Below are positions 16,160 through 24,874 of a DNA stretch of 64,000 nucleotides, piece after piece. Position 1 is the first letter of the stretch. The number at the start of each line of letters is the position of its first letter. The stretch is taken from NCBI GenBank assembly GCA_945903265.1, contig CAMDNQ010000009.1, forward strand, positions 75,664 through 139,663, written 5' to 3'. Made by a program: the position numbers and the translations under genes. A model generated the notes under the pieces. The model was not told the DNA's origin. It searched no databases and saw only the letters and a list, made by a program, of their open reading frames with translations. The DNA comes from Candidatus Sulfopaludibacter sp. SbA3 (lineage in GTDB: Bacteria > Acidobacteriota > Vicinamibacteria > Vicinamibacterales > UBA2999).

Positions 16160-17316
16160 TCGGCCCCCGAGCAGATCTCCCGCAGCGCGGCCATTACGGC
16201 GTCCTGGTCGGCATCAGTCATCTCGGCGTACAGCGGCAGCGCCACGCCGTGGTCCTGAATCGCTTCGGAGGTCGCGAGCGTGCCGGCTGCGCGCCAGGTG
16301 CCGTCCGGGTACGACGGCTCGCGATGCGCGCACATCACGCCGCGGCGGGTGGGGATGCCCCGGTCCAGCAGGCGCTGCATCACCATCCGCTGATCGAGCC
16401 GCTTGTCCAGGACGACCGCGTAGGTCTGCCAGTTACTGCGGGCGAAATCGCGCTCCGCAGGGAGATGAATCGCACCGCAGCCGAGAAGACCCTCGCGATA
16501 GCGTGCGGCGAGAGCGCGCCGGCGCGCGATGATCGCCGGCAGCCGCTTCAGCTGCTCACGGCCGACCGCGGCCTGGATGTCGGTCATCCGGTAATTGAAC
16601 CCGAACGTGTCGTAGGACTCGAAGATGACCTGCGGCGCAGCGTGCCGGACGGTATCCGGCACACTCATGCCGTGCTGGCGGAGCCTGCGGAACCCGGCAT
16701 CCAGCTCCGCGCTGCCCGTCGTCAGCATGCCGCCGTCACCTGTTGTCAGCACCTTGCGCGGGTGAAAGGAAAAACAGGCGACATCTCCGTGCGGCCGGCC
16801 GATCCGTGCCCAGGCACCGCCAACCTGGATCTCGCTTCCAATAGCGCAGGCGGCGTCTTCGACGAGCGGGAGGGAACGGCGGCGGGCGAACGCGCCGAGC
16901 GCGGCGAGATCGCACGGCATGCCGAGCTGGTGGACGCAGAGGATCGCACGTGTCCGCGGTCCGGCCGCGGCCTCGAGCTGGTTCGGATCGATGTTGTAGG
17001 TATCCGGCTCGACGTCGACAAACACCGGAAGCGCGCCGCAATAACGAACCGCATTCGCGGTCGCGATGAATGAGTGGCTGACGGTGATGACTTCGTCGGC
17101 GGGCCCCACGCCAACCGCGAGCAGCGCCAGATGGAGCGCCGCTGTGGCGCTCGACACGGCGCACGCGAATTCGGCGCCGACAGCAGCGGCGAACTCGCGC
17201 TCGAACGCCGCAACCTCCGGGCCCTGGCTGACCCAGCCGGACAGGATCGCCCGGCGGGCGGCTTCCACTTCAGGCTCGCCGAGACTGGGACGCGCGAATG
17301 GAATCGCGCGCTTCAT
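16156..17316 (-). CDS. DegT/DnrJ/EryC1/StrS-family PLP-dependent sugar aminotransferase
   Basis: IPFARPSLGEPEVEAARRAILSGWVSQGPEVAAFE, SSATAALHLAL, FSFHPRKVLTTGDGGM (PLP lysine region). Confidence 0.9.
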   Translation of the reverse strand: MKRAIPFARPSLGEPEVEAARRAILSGWVSQGPEVAAFEREFAAAVGAEFACAVSSATAALHLALLAVGVGPADEVITVSHSFIATANAVRYCGALPVFVDVEPDTYNIDPNQLEAAAGPRTRAILCVHQLGMPCDLAALGAFARRRSLPLVEDAACAIGSEIQVGGAWARIGRPHGDVACFSFHPRKVLTTGDGGMLTTGSAELDAGFRRLRQHGMSVPDTVRHAAPQVIFESYDTFGFNYRMTDIQAAVGREQLKRLPAIIARRRALAARYREGLLGCGAIHLPAERDFARSNWQTYAVVLDKRLDQRMVMQRLLDRGIPTRRGVMCAHREPSYPDGTWRAAGTLATSEAIQDHGVALPLYAEMTDADQDAVMAALREICSGAD

Positions 17317-18317
17317 TGCGGTTGCGGAACCGTCCAGTTGCGAACGACCTCATCCTCGAGAAGGGTGTCGGGGTCGACGGCGAGCGATGTGTACCAGGCC
17401 ATCAACCGTCGTACGCCGTCTTCGAGCGTCACGCGCGGACGATAGTCCAGGAGTCCCGCCGCGCGTGTGACGTCGGCGCACAGGCGCAGGATGTCCCCGG
17501 GTCTCATCACGTCATGCTCGACGGTCACCGGCCGTCCTGCGACCCGGGCAATCGTCGCAGCGAGATCGTTAATCGCGATCTCGGCGCCGCTACCCAGATT
17601 GATCGTTTCCCCCGGCGTGCGGTCGTGCTCGCCCGCCTTGAGAATGCCGCCAGCCGTGTCGCTGACGTAGGTGAAGTCCCGCGTCTGCGATCCATCGCCA
17701 AAGACGATGAGCGGGCGTCCCGCAAGCGTCCGCAGCAGGAACTTCGGAATCACTTCTCCGCTGTCGCCCTCGTGATGGCTGCGCGGACCGTACGTGTTGA
17801 ACGGACGCACGACCACGGTCGGATAGCCGTACGTACGGTAATAGGCACGAGTGTAGGATTCGCCGGCCAGCTTCGAGGCGCCGTATACAGTGCACGGGCT
17901 CGTGGGATGGTCCTCCGTCATCGGCACCCATCGGGCGGTCCCATAAACCTCAGAACTGGAGACGTAGACGAATCTGGGTACACCCGCGGCGCGGCAGACC
18001 TCGAGCAGCCGCAGAGTCGCCGTGGCGTTGACCTCGTGATTTTCCTGGGGCGCATGAATCGAGTGCCGTACGCCGAGACACGCCAGGTGGAACACGATCC
18101 GCACGCGCGGCAGGATCGCAGCGAGACGCCCGGTGTCGCGGATATCCGTGGTGTCGAGGGCGACGCGGTCCCCGAGGATGTCATCGACGTTCTCGCGACG
18201 CCCGTTCACCAGCGTATCGACGATGACGACGCGGTCGCCGCGCGCGTGCAGCTGGCGGACGAGCTCCGAGCCGATGAATCCGGCCCCGCCGGTCACGAGC
18301 ACTACGCTTCTATCCAC
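17313..18317 (-). CDS. extended-SDR NAD-dependent sugar-nucleotide epimerase/dehydratase
   Basis: VLVTGGAGFIGSELVRQL, SSSEVYG, YGASKLAGE (YxxxK), RPFNTYGP. Confidence 0.9.
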   Translation of the reverse strand: MDRSVVLVTGGAGFIGSELVRQLHARGDRVVIVDTLVNGRRENVDDILGDRVALDTTDIRDTGRLAAILPRVRIVFHLACLGVRHSIHAPQENHEVNATATLRLLEVCRAAGVPRFVYVSSSEVYGTARWVPMTEDHPTSPCTVYGASKLAGESYTRAYYRTYGYPTVVVRPFNTYGPRSHHEGDSGEVIPKFLLRTLAGRPLIVFGDGSQTRDFTYVSDTAGGILKAGEHDRTPGETINLGSGAEIAINDLAATIARVAGRPVTVEHDVMRPGDILRLCADVTRAAGLLDYRPRVTLEDGVRRLMAWYTSLAVDPDTLLEDEVVRNWTVPQPQ

Positions 18318-18320
18318 GCT

Positions 18321-18986
18321 CTATCCACCCGCCGGCTCGGTGCGGTACCGCAGCAGCCGCGCTGGGACGCCGGCCACGATCGCCAGCGGAGGGACGTCGT
18401 CGGTCACGACGGCGCCCGCACCGACGATCGACGCCCGGCCCACGCGCACGCCCGGCATCACGACCGCGTTGACGCCGATGTCGGCCCACGCCTCGACCGT
18501 CACCGGCTGGATCTCCAGCTCTGTCTGGATGACCGGCAGCTCGATCGGTTCCCCCGTGTGGGTCGAGCCAAGAACTTTCGCCCCGGGCCCCCATCCCACG
18601 TATTCACCAAGTGTCAGGTGGCGCGCGTCCAGAAACGCGTGGGGGCCGATCCAGGTATGCGCCCCAATCCGGCAGGTGCCGTCGATGCGGCCCTGGATGA
18701 CGGCGTACTCCCCAATGAACACGCCTTCGCCGATCTCGAACGTCTCCGGATGCCGGAACCGCGCACCGCGCTCCACGCGCAACCCGTCTCCGACCTGACG
18801 CACCAGGGCGCGCCACAGCACGCGGCGCATCATGCCGTCGAAGGCCGACTCGCCATCGACACATCGTCCGTACAGCGCCAGCCGCTCTTCAACGGACGTC
18901 GTGGCACGCAGGTGCGCCGCGAGTCCGACTTCGTGGGCGGGGTCGGGAGTGATGACGCGCTGGCCGTGCACGGCGGAGACTTTCAT
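18321..18986 (-). CDS. hexapeptide-repeat (left-handed beta-helix) acyl/acetyltransferase
   Basis: Repeating [LIV]G-x4 hexapeptides: IGEGVFIGEYAVIQG, IGAHTWIGPHAFL, VEAWADIGVNAVVMPGVRVGRASIVGAGAVV. Confidence 0.85.
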   Translation of the reverse strand: MKVSAVHGQRVITPDPAHEVGLAAHLRATTSVEERLALYGRCVDGESAFDGMMRRVLWRALVRQVGDGLRVERGARFRHPETFEIGEGVFIGEYAVIQGRIDGTCRIGAHTWIGPHAFLDARHLTLGEYVGWGPGAKVLGSTHTGEPIELPVIQTELEIQPVTVEAWADIGVNAVVMPGVRVGRASIVGAGAVVTDDVPPLAIVAGVPARLLRYRTEPAGG

Positions 18987-18992
18987 CGGCCT

Positions 18993-20123
18993 CTAGACAG
19001 GTGTAGCGGCCGGTGTGGTCGCCGGCGAGGCGGCTCGGATAATCCCTGCGACCGTCTCAATCTGACCGTCGGTGAGCTCGGGATACATCGGCAGCGACAG
19101 CACTTCACCCGCGATGCGCTCCGCCACCGGAAAATCGCCTGCCCCGTAGCCGAGATCGCGGTACGCAGGCTGGAGATGGAGGGGAATCGGATAGTGAATC
19201 CCCGTTTGTACGCCCGCGGCCGTCAGCTGCGCGCGAACTGCGTCGCGATTCGGCACCCGAACGGCGAACACATGATAGACATGCCGCACGCCGGCGCGGA
19301 CCTGCGGAATCACCGCAGCAGTACCGGCCAGGTAGCGTGCGTACACCTCGGCGCGCTGGCGGCGAGCCTCGGTCCATCCTTCGAGGTAGCGCAGTTTCAC
19401 GCCGAGCACCGCGCCCTGCAGGCCGTCCATCCGGTAGTTGAATCCGCGGCGCGTATGGACGTAGCGCGTGTCCTCGCCCCAGGCGCGAAGCGACCGCATG
19501 GTGGCGGCCAGCTGCGGGTCGCTGGTCACCACGGCGCCACCCTCGCCGCAGGCGCCAAGGTTCTTGCCGGGATAGAAACTGAAGCAGCTGATGACGCCCA
19601 TCGAGCCGCACCGGCGGCCGTGGTACTCCGCGCCGTGCGCCTGGCAGGCATCTTCGATGACGGCCACGCCGCGCGCGCGGGCGATCTCGAGAATCGGATC
19701 CATGTCCGCAGGCTGGCCGTACAGGTGCACCGGGACGATCGCCCTGGTCCGCGTCGTCATGGCGGCCTCGAGTTTCGCCGGATCGAGGGTGTAGTACGCC
19801 GGATCGATGTCGACAAAGACAGGCGTGGCGCCGGCGTACTCAATCGCCGCAATCGTCGCGACGAACGTGAAGGGGGTCGTGATGACCTCGTCGCCGGGAC
19901 CCACGCCGGCGGCCAGCAGCGCCAGATGGAGCGCGCTCGTGCCGCTGTTGACCCCGATGGCTTCGCGTACGCCGCAGTACTCGGCGAAACCCTGTTCGAA
20001 CTCGGCGACGGCGGGCCCGAGGGCGAAGTGGCCGCTCTCGAGCACCTGGTGGACGGCGGCGTCCAGTTCGGGCTTGATGGCGCGATACTGCGCCTTCAGG
20101 TCCAGAATGGGGATGGTCGTCAT
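18993..20123 (-). CDS. DegT-family sugar aminotransferase (WbpE-like by context)
   Basis: ATG 20123 in an ATGA overlap with the upstream stop. IPILDLKAQYRAIKPELDAAV, NSGTSALHLALLAAG, FSFYPGKNLGACGEGG. Confidence 0.9.
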   Translation of the reverse strand: MTTIPILDLKAQYRAIKPELDAAVHQVLESGHFALGPAVAEFEQGFAEYCGVREAIGVNSGTSALHLALLAAGVGPGDEVITTPFTFVATIAAIEYAGATPVFVDIDPAYYTLDPAKLEAAMTTRTRAIVPVHLYGQPADMDPILEIARARGVAVIEDACQAHGAEYHGRRCGSMGVISCFSFYPGKNLGACGEGGAVVTSDPQLAATMRSLRAWGEDTRYVHTRRGFNYRMDGLQGAVLGVKLRYLEGWTEARRQRAEVYARYLAGTAAVIPQVRAGVRHVYHVFAVRVPNRDAVRAQLTAAGVQTGIHYPIPLHLQPAYRDLGYGAGDFPVAERIAGEVLSLPMYPELTDGQIETVAGIIRAASPATTPAATPV

Positions 20124-21142
20124 ACGGTCACTCGATCGAGACTCACGAGCTGGCCGCGTCCGGCCATCGACGCGGTGGCCGCCTCGAGCAGGCGGACGAC
20201 GCGCAGCCCCGCCTCTCCATCGGTCATCGGGCGCCGGCCGGTTGCCACGCATTCAAGGAAATGAGCGGCACCGACCTGCAGCGCCTCCGTGAGCCGCAGC
20301 TTCGGCGCCCACATGTCTCCCGTGCGATAGCCCACCAGCATCTCGTGGATGCTCTCCGGGCTCGGATCGACCGAAATGCCGCGGTCGTACACCTTGATCT
20401 TCTCGTTCGTCTCGAGATCGTCGAACACAATCATGCGCTTGCTGCCACCAAGCAGCGTCCGCCTCACCTTGACCGGCGCAAGCCAGTTGACGTGCACGTG
20501 CGCAATCAGCCGATCGTCAAAGAACATGGTGAGGTACGCGATGTTCTCCGGTTTTCCGGCGACGTGAGCCAGGCCGGTGGCGGACACGGCCGTCGGCTGC
20601 CGCTGCAGGACGTAGTCCATGATCGACAGGTCATGCACCGCCAGGTCCCACAGCACGTTCACATCCGGCTGGAAGAGACCCAGATTGATGCGGACCGAAT
20701 CGTAGTAATAAATGTCGCCGAGCTCCCCCGCGTCCGTCAGCTCGCGCATCTTCTGCACGGCCCCTGTGTAGACGAAGGTGTGGTCCACCATCAGCGTCAA
20801 CCGCCGCTGCGACGCCTCGTCGATGAGCCGCGCCGCCTCGTCTGCGGTCGAGGCCATCGGCTTCTCAATGAGCACGTGCTTGCCTGCGCGAAGCGCCGCC
20901 ATGCCGAGCCGGAAGTGGTCATCCGCAGGGGTCGCAACCACGACCGCATCGACTGTGGGGTCCTCGAGCACGTCGGCGGCACGATCGGTCACGCGGACAT
21001 GCGGGTACTGACGGGTGACGGCGGTGCGCCGCCCTTCACGAAGATCGCAGACCACGCGGACCGCCGCGTCGGACTGGTCGGCGAAGTTGCGGACCAGATT
21101 GGGCCCCCAGTAGCCGTACCCGATGACCCCGATGCCGATCAC
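20120..21142 (-). CDS. Gfo/Idh/MocA-family NAD-dependent sugar-nucleotide oxidoreductase (WbpB-like by context)
   Basis: GTG 21142 in a GTGA overlap with the upstream stop. IGIGVIGYGYWGPNLVRNF, HVLIEKPMA. The remainder of the track ORF upstream is Arg-rich overlap. Confidence 0.9.
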   Translation of the reverse strand: MIGIGVIGYGYWGPNLVRNFADQSDAAVRVVCDLREGRRTAVTRQYPHVRVTDRAADVLEDPTVDAVVVATPADDHFRLGMAALRAGKHVLIEKPMASTADEAARLIDEASQRRLTLMVDHTFVYTGAVQKMRELTDAGELGDIYYYDSVRINLGLFQPDVNVLWDLAVHDLSIMDYVLQRQPTAVSATGLAHVAGKPENIAYLTMFFDDRLIAHVHVNWLAPVKVRRTLLGGSKRMIVFDDLETNEKIKVYDRGISVDPSPESIHEMLVGYRTGDMWAPKLRLTEALQVGAAHFLECVATGRRPMTDGEAGLRVVRLLEAATASMAGRGQLVSLDRVTV

Positions 21143-21612
21143 GCGAGCGGTGCCCTTCCCCGCGCGCGAGCCGGTACCCCGGCGACGGTGGTCCCGGCCG
21201 CAACGTCCCGGGTCACAACAGCGCCCGCACCAACGAGCGCGCCGGCCCCGATGGTGACGCCGCACATGACTACGGCGCCGCTCCCGATCGAGGCGCCGCG
21301 CTCGACACGGGTTGGCACGACCTGCCAGTCCGCCTCCGTCTGCAACTGGCCGCCGCGTGTGGCACGAGGGTGGCGATCGTTGATGAACATCACGCCATGG
21401 CCGACGAACACGTCGTCATCGATCGTCACACCCTCGCAGATGAACGTGTGCGACGAGATCTTGCACCGGCTGCCGACCTCCGCGCCCTTCTGAATCTCCA
21501 CGAACGTCCCGATCCTGGTCTCCGCGCCGATGCGGCACCCGTACAGATTCACGAGATCCGGATGGCGGATCGTGGCGCCCGCGCCAAGCACCACGTCAGG
21601 AGCGATCGGCAT
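21139..21612 (-). CDS. hexapeptide-repeat N-acetyltransferase (WbpD-like by context)
   Basis: 157 aa; IGAETRIGTFVEIQKGAEVGSRCKISSHTFI, IGSGAVVMCGVTIGAGALVGAGAVV. Confidence 0.85.
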   Translation of the reverse strand: MPIAPDVVLGAGATIRHPDLVNLYGCRIGAETRIGTFVEIQKGAEVGSRCKISSHTFICEGVTIDDDVFVGHGVMFINDRHPRATRGGQLQTEADWQVVPTRVERGASIGSGAVVMCGVTIGAGALVGAGAVVTRDVAAGTTVAGVPARARGRAPLA

Positions 21613-22273
21613 GCACCTTTTCGAGGACGAGAACCCGGCCCTTTTTTCCCCAGTCCAGCTTGTCTTCGAGATCGGGCCGCGACCGGCATCCTTCGAGGAC
21701 GAACAGGAGCCGGAGCATGTCCTTGTTCAACAACGTGATGTGCGACGGATCTACGTCGAACTGCGTCGTGAAATCGAGCAGGCTCGCCGGAGCCGGATGG
21801 AAGCGTGTCGTGACGTAGACGTACCGGGAGGTCATCCGCACCATGTTCGCGACCGCCTGCCGTACCTGCAGCACGGTGAGGTGCTCCAGCACTTCGCGGC
21901 AAATCACGAGGTCGTACGCGTCGGCCGGTTTCAGCGTCGCGTCGGTGACCAGCCCGACCGAGATGCGATCACGCACCTCCGGGGTGGCCAGCCTCACGCT
22001 GCTGTCGGCGAAGTCGATGCCCTCGACGTTGACGCCAAGCTCCCACAGCAGATGCATGAGTGCGCCAGGACCGCATCCCAGATCGAGGACCTTCTCCGGC
22101 TGAAACACCTCTTTAATGAGGAAGGGATTCCTGGCCTCGATCTGCCGCCGGGTCTCGAGGGAGTAGTTGTTACCCCCCTCGCGCCATTCTCCGGTGAAAT
22201 ACTCCGCATCGTAGTGTCCCGACGCGACGGATGTCTGCGCGTGCACGCGCGTTTCAAACTCGGTGATGTTCAT
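21596..22273 (-). CDS. class I SAM-dependent methyltransferase
   Basis: Motif I VLDLGCGPGALMHLL, motif post-I VEGIDFA, DLVICREVLEHL. Confidence 0.85.
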   Translation of the reverse strand: MNITEFETRVHAQTSVASGHYDAEYFTGEWREGGNNYSLETRRQIEARNPFLIKEVFQPEKVLDLGCGPGALMHLLWELGVNVEGIDFADSSVRLATPEVRDRISVGLVTDATLKPADAYDLVICREVLEHLTVLQVRQAVANMVRMTSRYVYVTTRFHPAPASLLDFTTQFDVDPSHITLLNKDMLRLLFVLEGCRSRPDLEDKLDWGKKGRVLVLEKVHADRS

Positions 22274-22713
22274 CGCTGATTCTGTTGGCTCGCAAAGTGT
22301 TCGAGCAGGCGGGTCGACGAGTCGACCACCGTGTCCAGATACACGATCTCGGTCCCGTACTGCTGGCAGATTTGCACCTGCTCTGCCGGGAGACGGTTCC
22401 GCCAGTCCTGCCCCTTGATGTAATAGCGCGGCTGGAGCTCGCGCAGAGTTGTTTCGGTGTCGACGACATAGAGATGCGTATAGGTGATGTACCGGATGGC
22501 ATCGACGACGGCCACGCGATGCGCTGCGGGGAGCAGCGGGGGATGCTTGGTCCGTACGTACGCGTCCGACGCCACGTTACACAGGAGCGGCACGCCGAGC
22601 TCCGCCGCCGCGCGGAAATACTCGATATGCCCCTGATGCAGCGGGTCGAACGCCCCGTCCACCATTCCGACGCGGCCGCGGTACTCCTTGAGCTCGTCGA
22701 ACAGGACGACCAC
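22270..22713 (-). CDS. cytidylyl/adenylyl-transferase of the HxGH nucleotidyltransferase family (TagD / RfaE-domain-II-like)
   Basis: 147 aa; VGMVDGAFDPLHQGHIEYF (HxGH motif). Size fits glycerol-3-P cytidylyltransferase-type enzymes. Confidence 0.8.
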   Translation of the reverse strand: MVVLFDELKEYRGRVGMVDGAFDPLHQGHIEYFRAAAELGVPLLCNVASDAYVRTKHPPLLPAAHRVAVVDAIRYITYTHLYVVDTETTLRELQPRYYIKGQDWRNRLPAEQVQICQQYGTEIVYLDTVVDSSTRLLEHFASQQNQR

Positions 22714-23849
22714 TACCGGACCAGCAGCCCTTTCTCGCTCAGTTCATTGAGAGCGCGGTCGAAGAAATCCTCCGCCACATCGGGCGTCGTCTTCGCCCAC
22801 TCGATGAGCTCGGTGAATCCCTGCTCGAGCGAGACCGACGGCGCGTATCCGAGCGTCGTCTGCGCGCGTGAGATGTCAGCCGTATTGTGCCGGATGTCGA
22901 ATCGCCGGCCCGTCTGGGTGATCTGCGGCTCGATATCGGAGCCGAGCAGCCGTGTCAGCAGCCGCGCGATGTCGAGAATCGTCACGGTCTCTCCGGAACC
23001 GATGTTGACCGGAAGGAAGTCGGCGCCGTTCTGCTCGATCATCAGCACCAGGCATCTGACCACATCGTGGATGGAGACGAAATCGCGAAGCTGGCCGCCG
23101 TCTTCGAACACGACCGGTTGCCGGCCGTTCAGCAAGCGGCTCAACCAGATTGCCGCAACGCCGGCGTACGGGTTACTCAGGCTCTGGCGCGGGCCATACA
23201 CATTGAAAAACCGCGGCGCCACGGCTGGAATCCCGTAGGTCTTGCCGATGAGGAGCACCATCTCCTCCTGGTGGTACTTCGTCATCGAATAGATGTTGTC
23301 GCGGTACAGCGCCTTGTCCTCTGGAGTCGGGATGGACGCCACGTGCTCACCGCAGGACGGACAGCGCTGCTCCCAGTCGCGAGCCGCGAGCGGGGCTTCG
23401 GCACGGATGCCCGGCGCGACAACGCCGTGAGTGGCGCAACGGTACGCCCCCTCGCCGTAGACGCCGATTGACGAGGCCACGACCACCTTCTGTATGTGAT
23501 GCTTCGCATTCACCAGGATGTCGAGCAGCAGCGCGGTCCCCCGCGTGTTCACGTCGACGTACCGGTCCACCTGGTACATGCTCTGGCCGACGCCGACCGC
23601 CGCCGCAAAGTGCACGACGGCATCGGCAGCCAGCATCAGCGCTTCCAGCCTGGCGCGATCACGAACGTCGCCCTGGATATACGTGGCACGCGGATTCGCG
23701 TAGGACGGCCACGTGCCGGACCGATGCACCTGCGGGTCGAGATTATCCAGGACGGTCACGCGATAGTCGCGGGCCACCAGCGCATCGACGAGATGCGAGC
23801 CGATGTAGCCGGCGCCGCCGGTGACAAGGATGTGTTGGATTTTCGTCAT
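22713..23849 (-). CDS. extended-SDR NAD-dependent epimerase/dehydratase with a Cys/His-containing insertion
   Basis: ATG 23849 (MTKIQHILVTGGAGYIGSHLVDAL), YSMTKYHQE (YxxxK), insertion YRCATHG...EQRCPSCGEH. Confidence 0.85.
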   Translation of the reverse strand: MTKIQHILVTGGAGYIGSHLVDALVARDYRVTVLDNLDPQVHRSGTWPSYANPRATYIQGDVRDRARLEALMLAADAVVHFAAAVGVGQSMYQVDRYVDVNTRGTALLLDILVNAKHHIQKVVVASSIGVYGEGAYRCATHGVVAPGIRAEAPLAARDWEQRCPSCGEHVASIPTPEDKALYRDNIYSMTKYHQEEMVLLIGKTYGIPAVAPRFFNVYGPRQSLSNPYAGVAAIWLSRLLNGRQPVVFEDGGQLRDFVSIHDVVRCLVLMIEQNGADFLPVNIGSGETVTILDIARLLTRLLGSDIEPQITQTGRRFDIRHNTADISRAQTTLGYAPSVSLEQGFTELIEWAKTTPDVAEDFFDRALNELSEKGLLVR

Positions 23850-23859
23850 GTGTCCTGCG

Positions 23860-24873
23860 TCAACGATACTTCGCCTCACCGGGCGCCTGGCGCGCGTCGA
23901 GCAGATCCGGCGTCCCCAGTGAGGCGAGCGCCGTGTGCGCCATGGTCAGGTGCGCGCGGGAGAACGCCGACGCATCAGCGTAGTACGCCGTGCACGGCAC
24001 ACCGTAAAAGGGGGCGAGGTACGAGAAACCGCCGTAAGTGCCGACGAACCTCTCCGCGTTCGCGACGATGGCGCTCTGCACCCGCAGGTTCTCCGATGGG
24101 GGCGCAATCGTGGCCGGATCGATCGACTGCCCCCCCGCCGACAGACAGGCGCCATGATCGTCGAGCGCCACGCCAGTCGTGAGCAGGATCACAGGGGCCT
24201 CCGTCGACAACTGCGCGATCACCTGCGACACGATGGCGCGGTTCTCGTCCGTCGCCGGAAAGCAGTCGTTGTAGTAAAACTTCGCGGCGATGTACCGGTC
24301 CGGCAGCGGGACTTCCCCGATCCGCCCCGGCGCCACAAGCCGCTCATAGCGCGCGTGCCGGAGTATCCACTCCTCGTCCAGATGCCGCCACCAGAATGGA
24401 TTCATCAGGTCGTACATCACCGACGGATGCAGTATGACGCTATCCCGCGGCAGCCCTTCGAGCACCTGATCGAGAAGATTGCGCTCGCGCGCCGTGACCC
24501 GCGTCTGCTTCTGTTCACCGATCTCCGCGGCGTGGTCGCGGCGCGACTGCCGGAACTCGGACGGCGAGAGATGATCGAGGACGTCTTCATAGCGGCCGGC
24601 GACAGGGGCGTACCACCCGGCCGTGCCGCCCCGCGACACGACCGTCAACCGGCCGGGAGCGACCTGGAATTCAGAGGCGAACCAGCGGATAAACGGCGCC
24701 CAGTACAGGATCTCGAAACCAACTTCGCCCATCCAGGGTCCGGCGACGATCGGTGTACCGCGTGCCGCGAGCGCGCCCAGACGCCGCCGGATCGCCGTGC
24801 CCCGGGACTGCCCGACGACAGCGGCCAAGCGGCGGCGGACCGCCGATGGAACGAACGAACGAAAGCCGCTCAC
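23860..24873 (-). CDS. uncharacterised LYW-domain protein (stand-alone copy 1 of a 4-copy paralogous domain)
   Basis: IVAGPWMGEVGFEILYWAPFIRW, VVSRGGTAGWY, ILHPSVMY, PDRYIAAKFY, ERFVGTYGGFSYLAPFYGV. The same signature occurs in 30253..31479 and in the C-terminal domains of 31476..34136 and 49104..51455. Confidence 0.75.
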   Translation of the reverse strand: MSGFRSFVPSAVRRRLAAVVGQSRGTAIRRRLGALAARGTPIVAGPWMGEVGFEILYWAPFIRWFASEFQVAPGRLTVVSRGGTAGWYAPVAGRYEDVLDHLSPSEFRQSRRDHAAEIGEQKQTRVTARERNLLDQVLEGLPRDSVILHPSVMYDLMNPFWWRHLDEEWILRHARYERLVAPGRIGEVPLPDRYIAAKFYYNDCFPATDENRAIVSQVIAQLSTEAPVILLTTGVALDDHGACLSAGGQSIDPATIAPPSENLRVQSAIVANAERFVGTYGGFSYLAPFYGVPCTAYYADASAFSRAHLTMAHTALASLGTPDLLDARQAPGEAKYR

Positions 24874-24874
24874 G

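Noticed and set aside
17298-20264. 988-aa plus-strand ORF, the longest plus-strand ORF in the track. Similar long plus-strand ORFs include 10951..12612, 12974..14500, 32721..34607, 47803..49296 and 59968..61473.
   Set aside because: Each lies fully antisense to minus-strand genes that carry clear family motifs (SDR, acetyltransferase, DegT and others). Their translations are Arg/Gly/Pro/Asp/His-rich with no recognisable motif. This is typical of open antisense frames in high-GC DNA, so I treat them as shadows.
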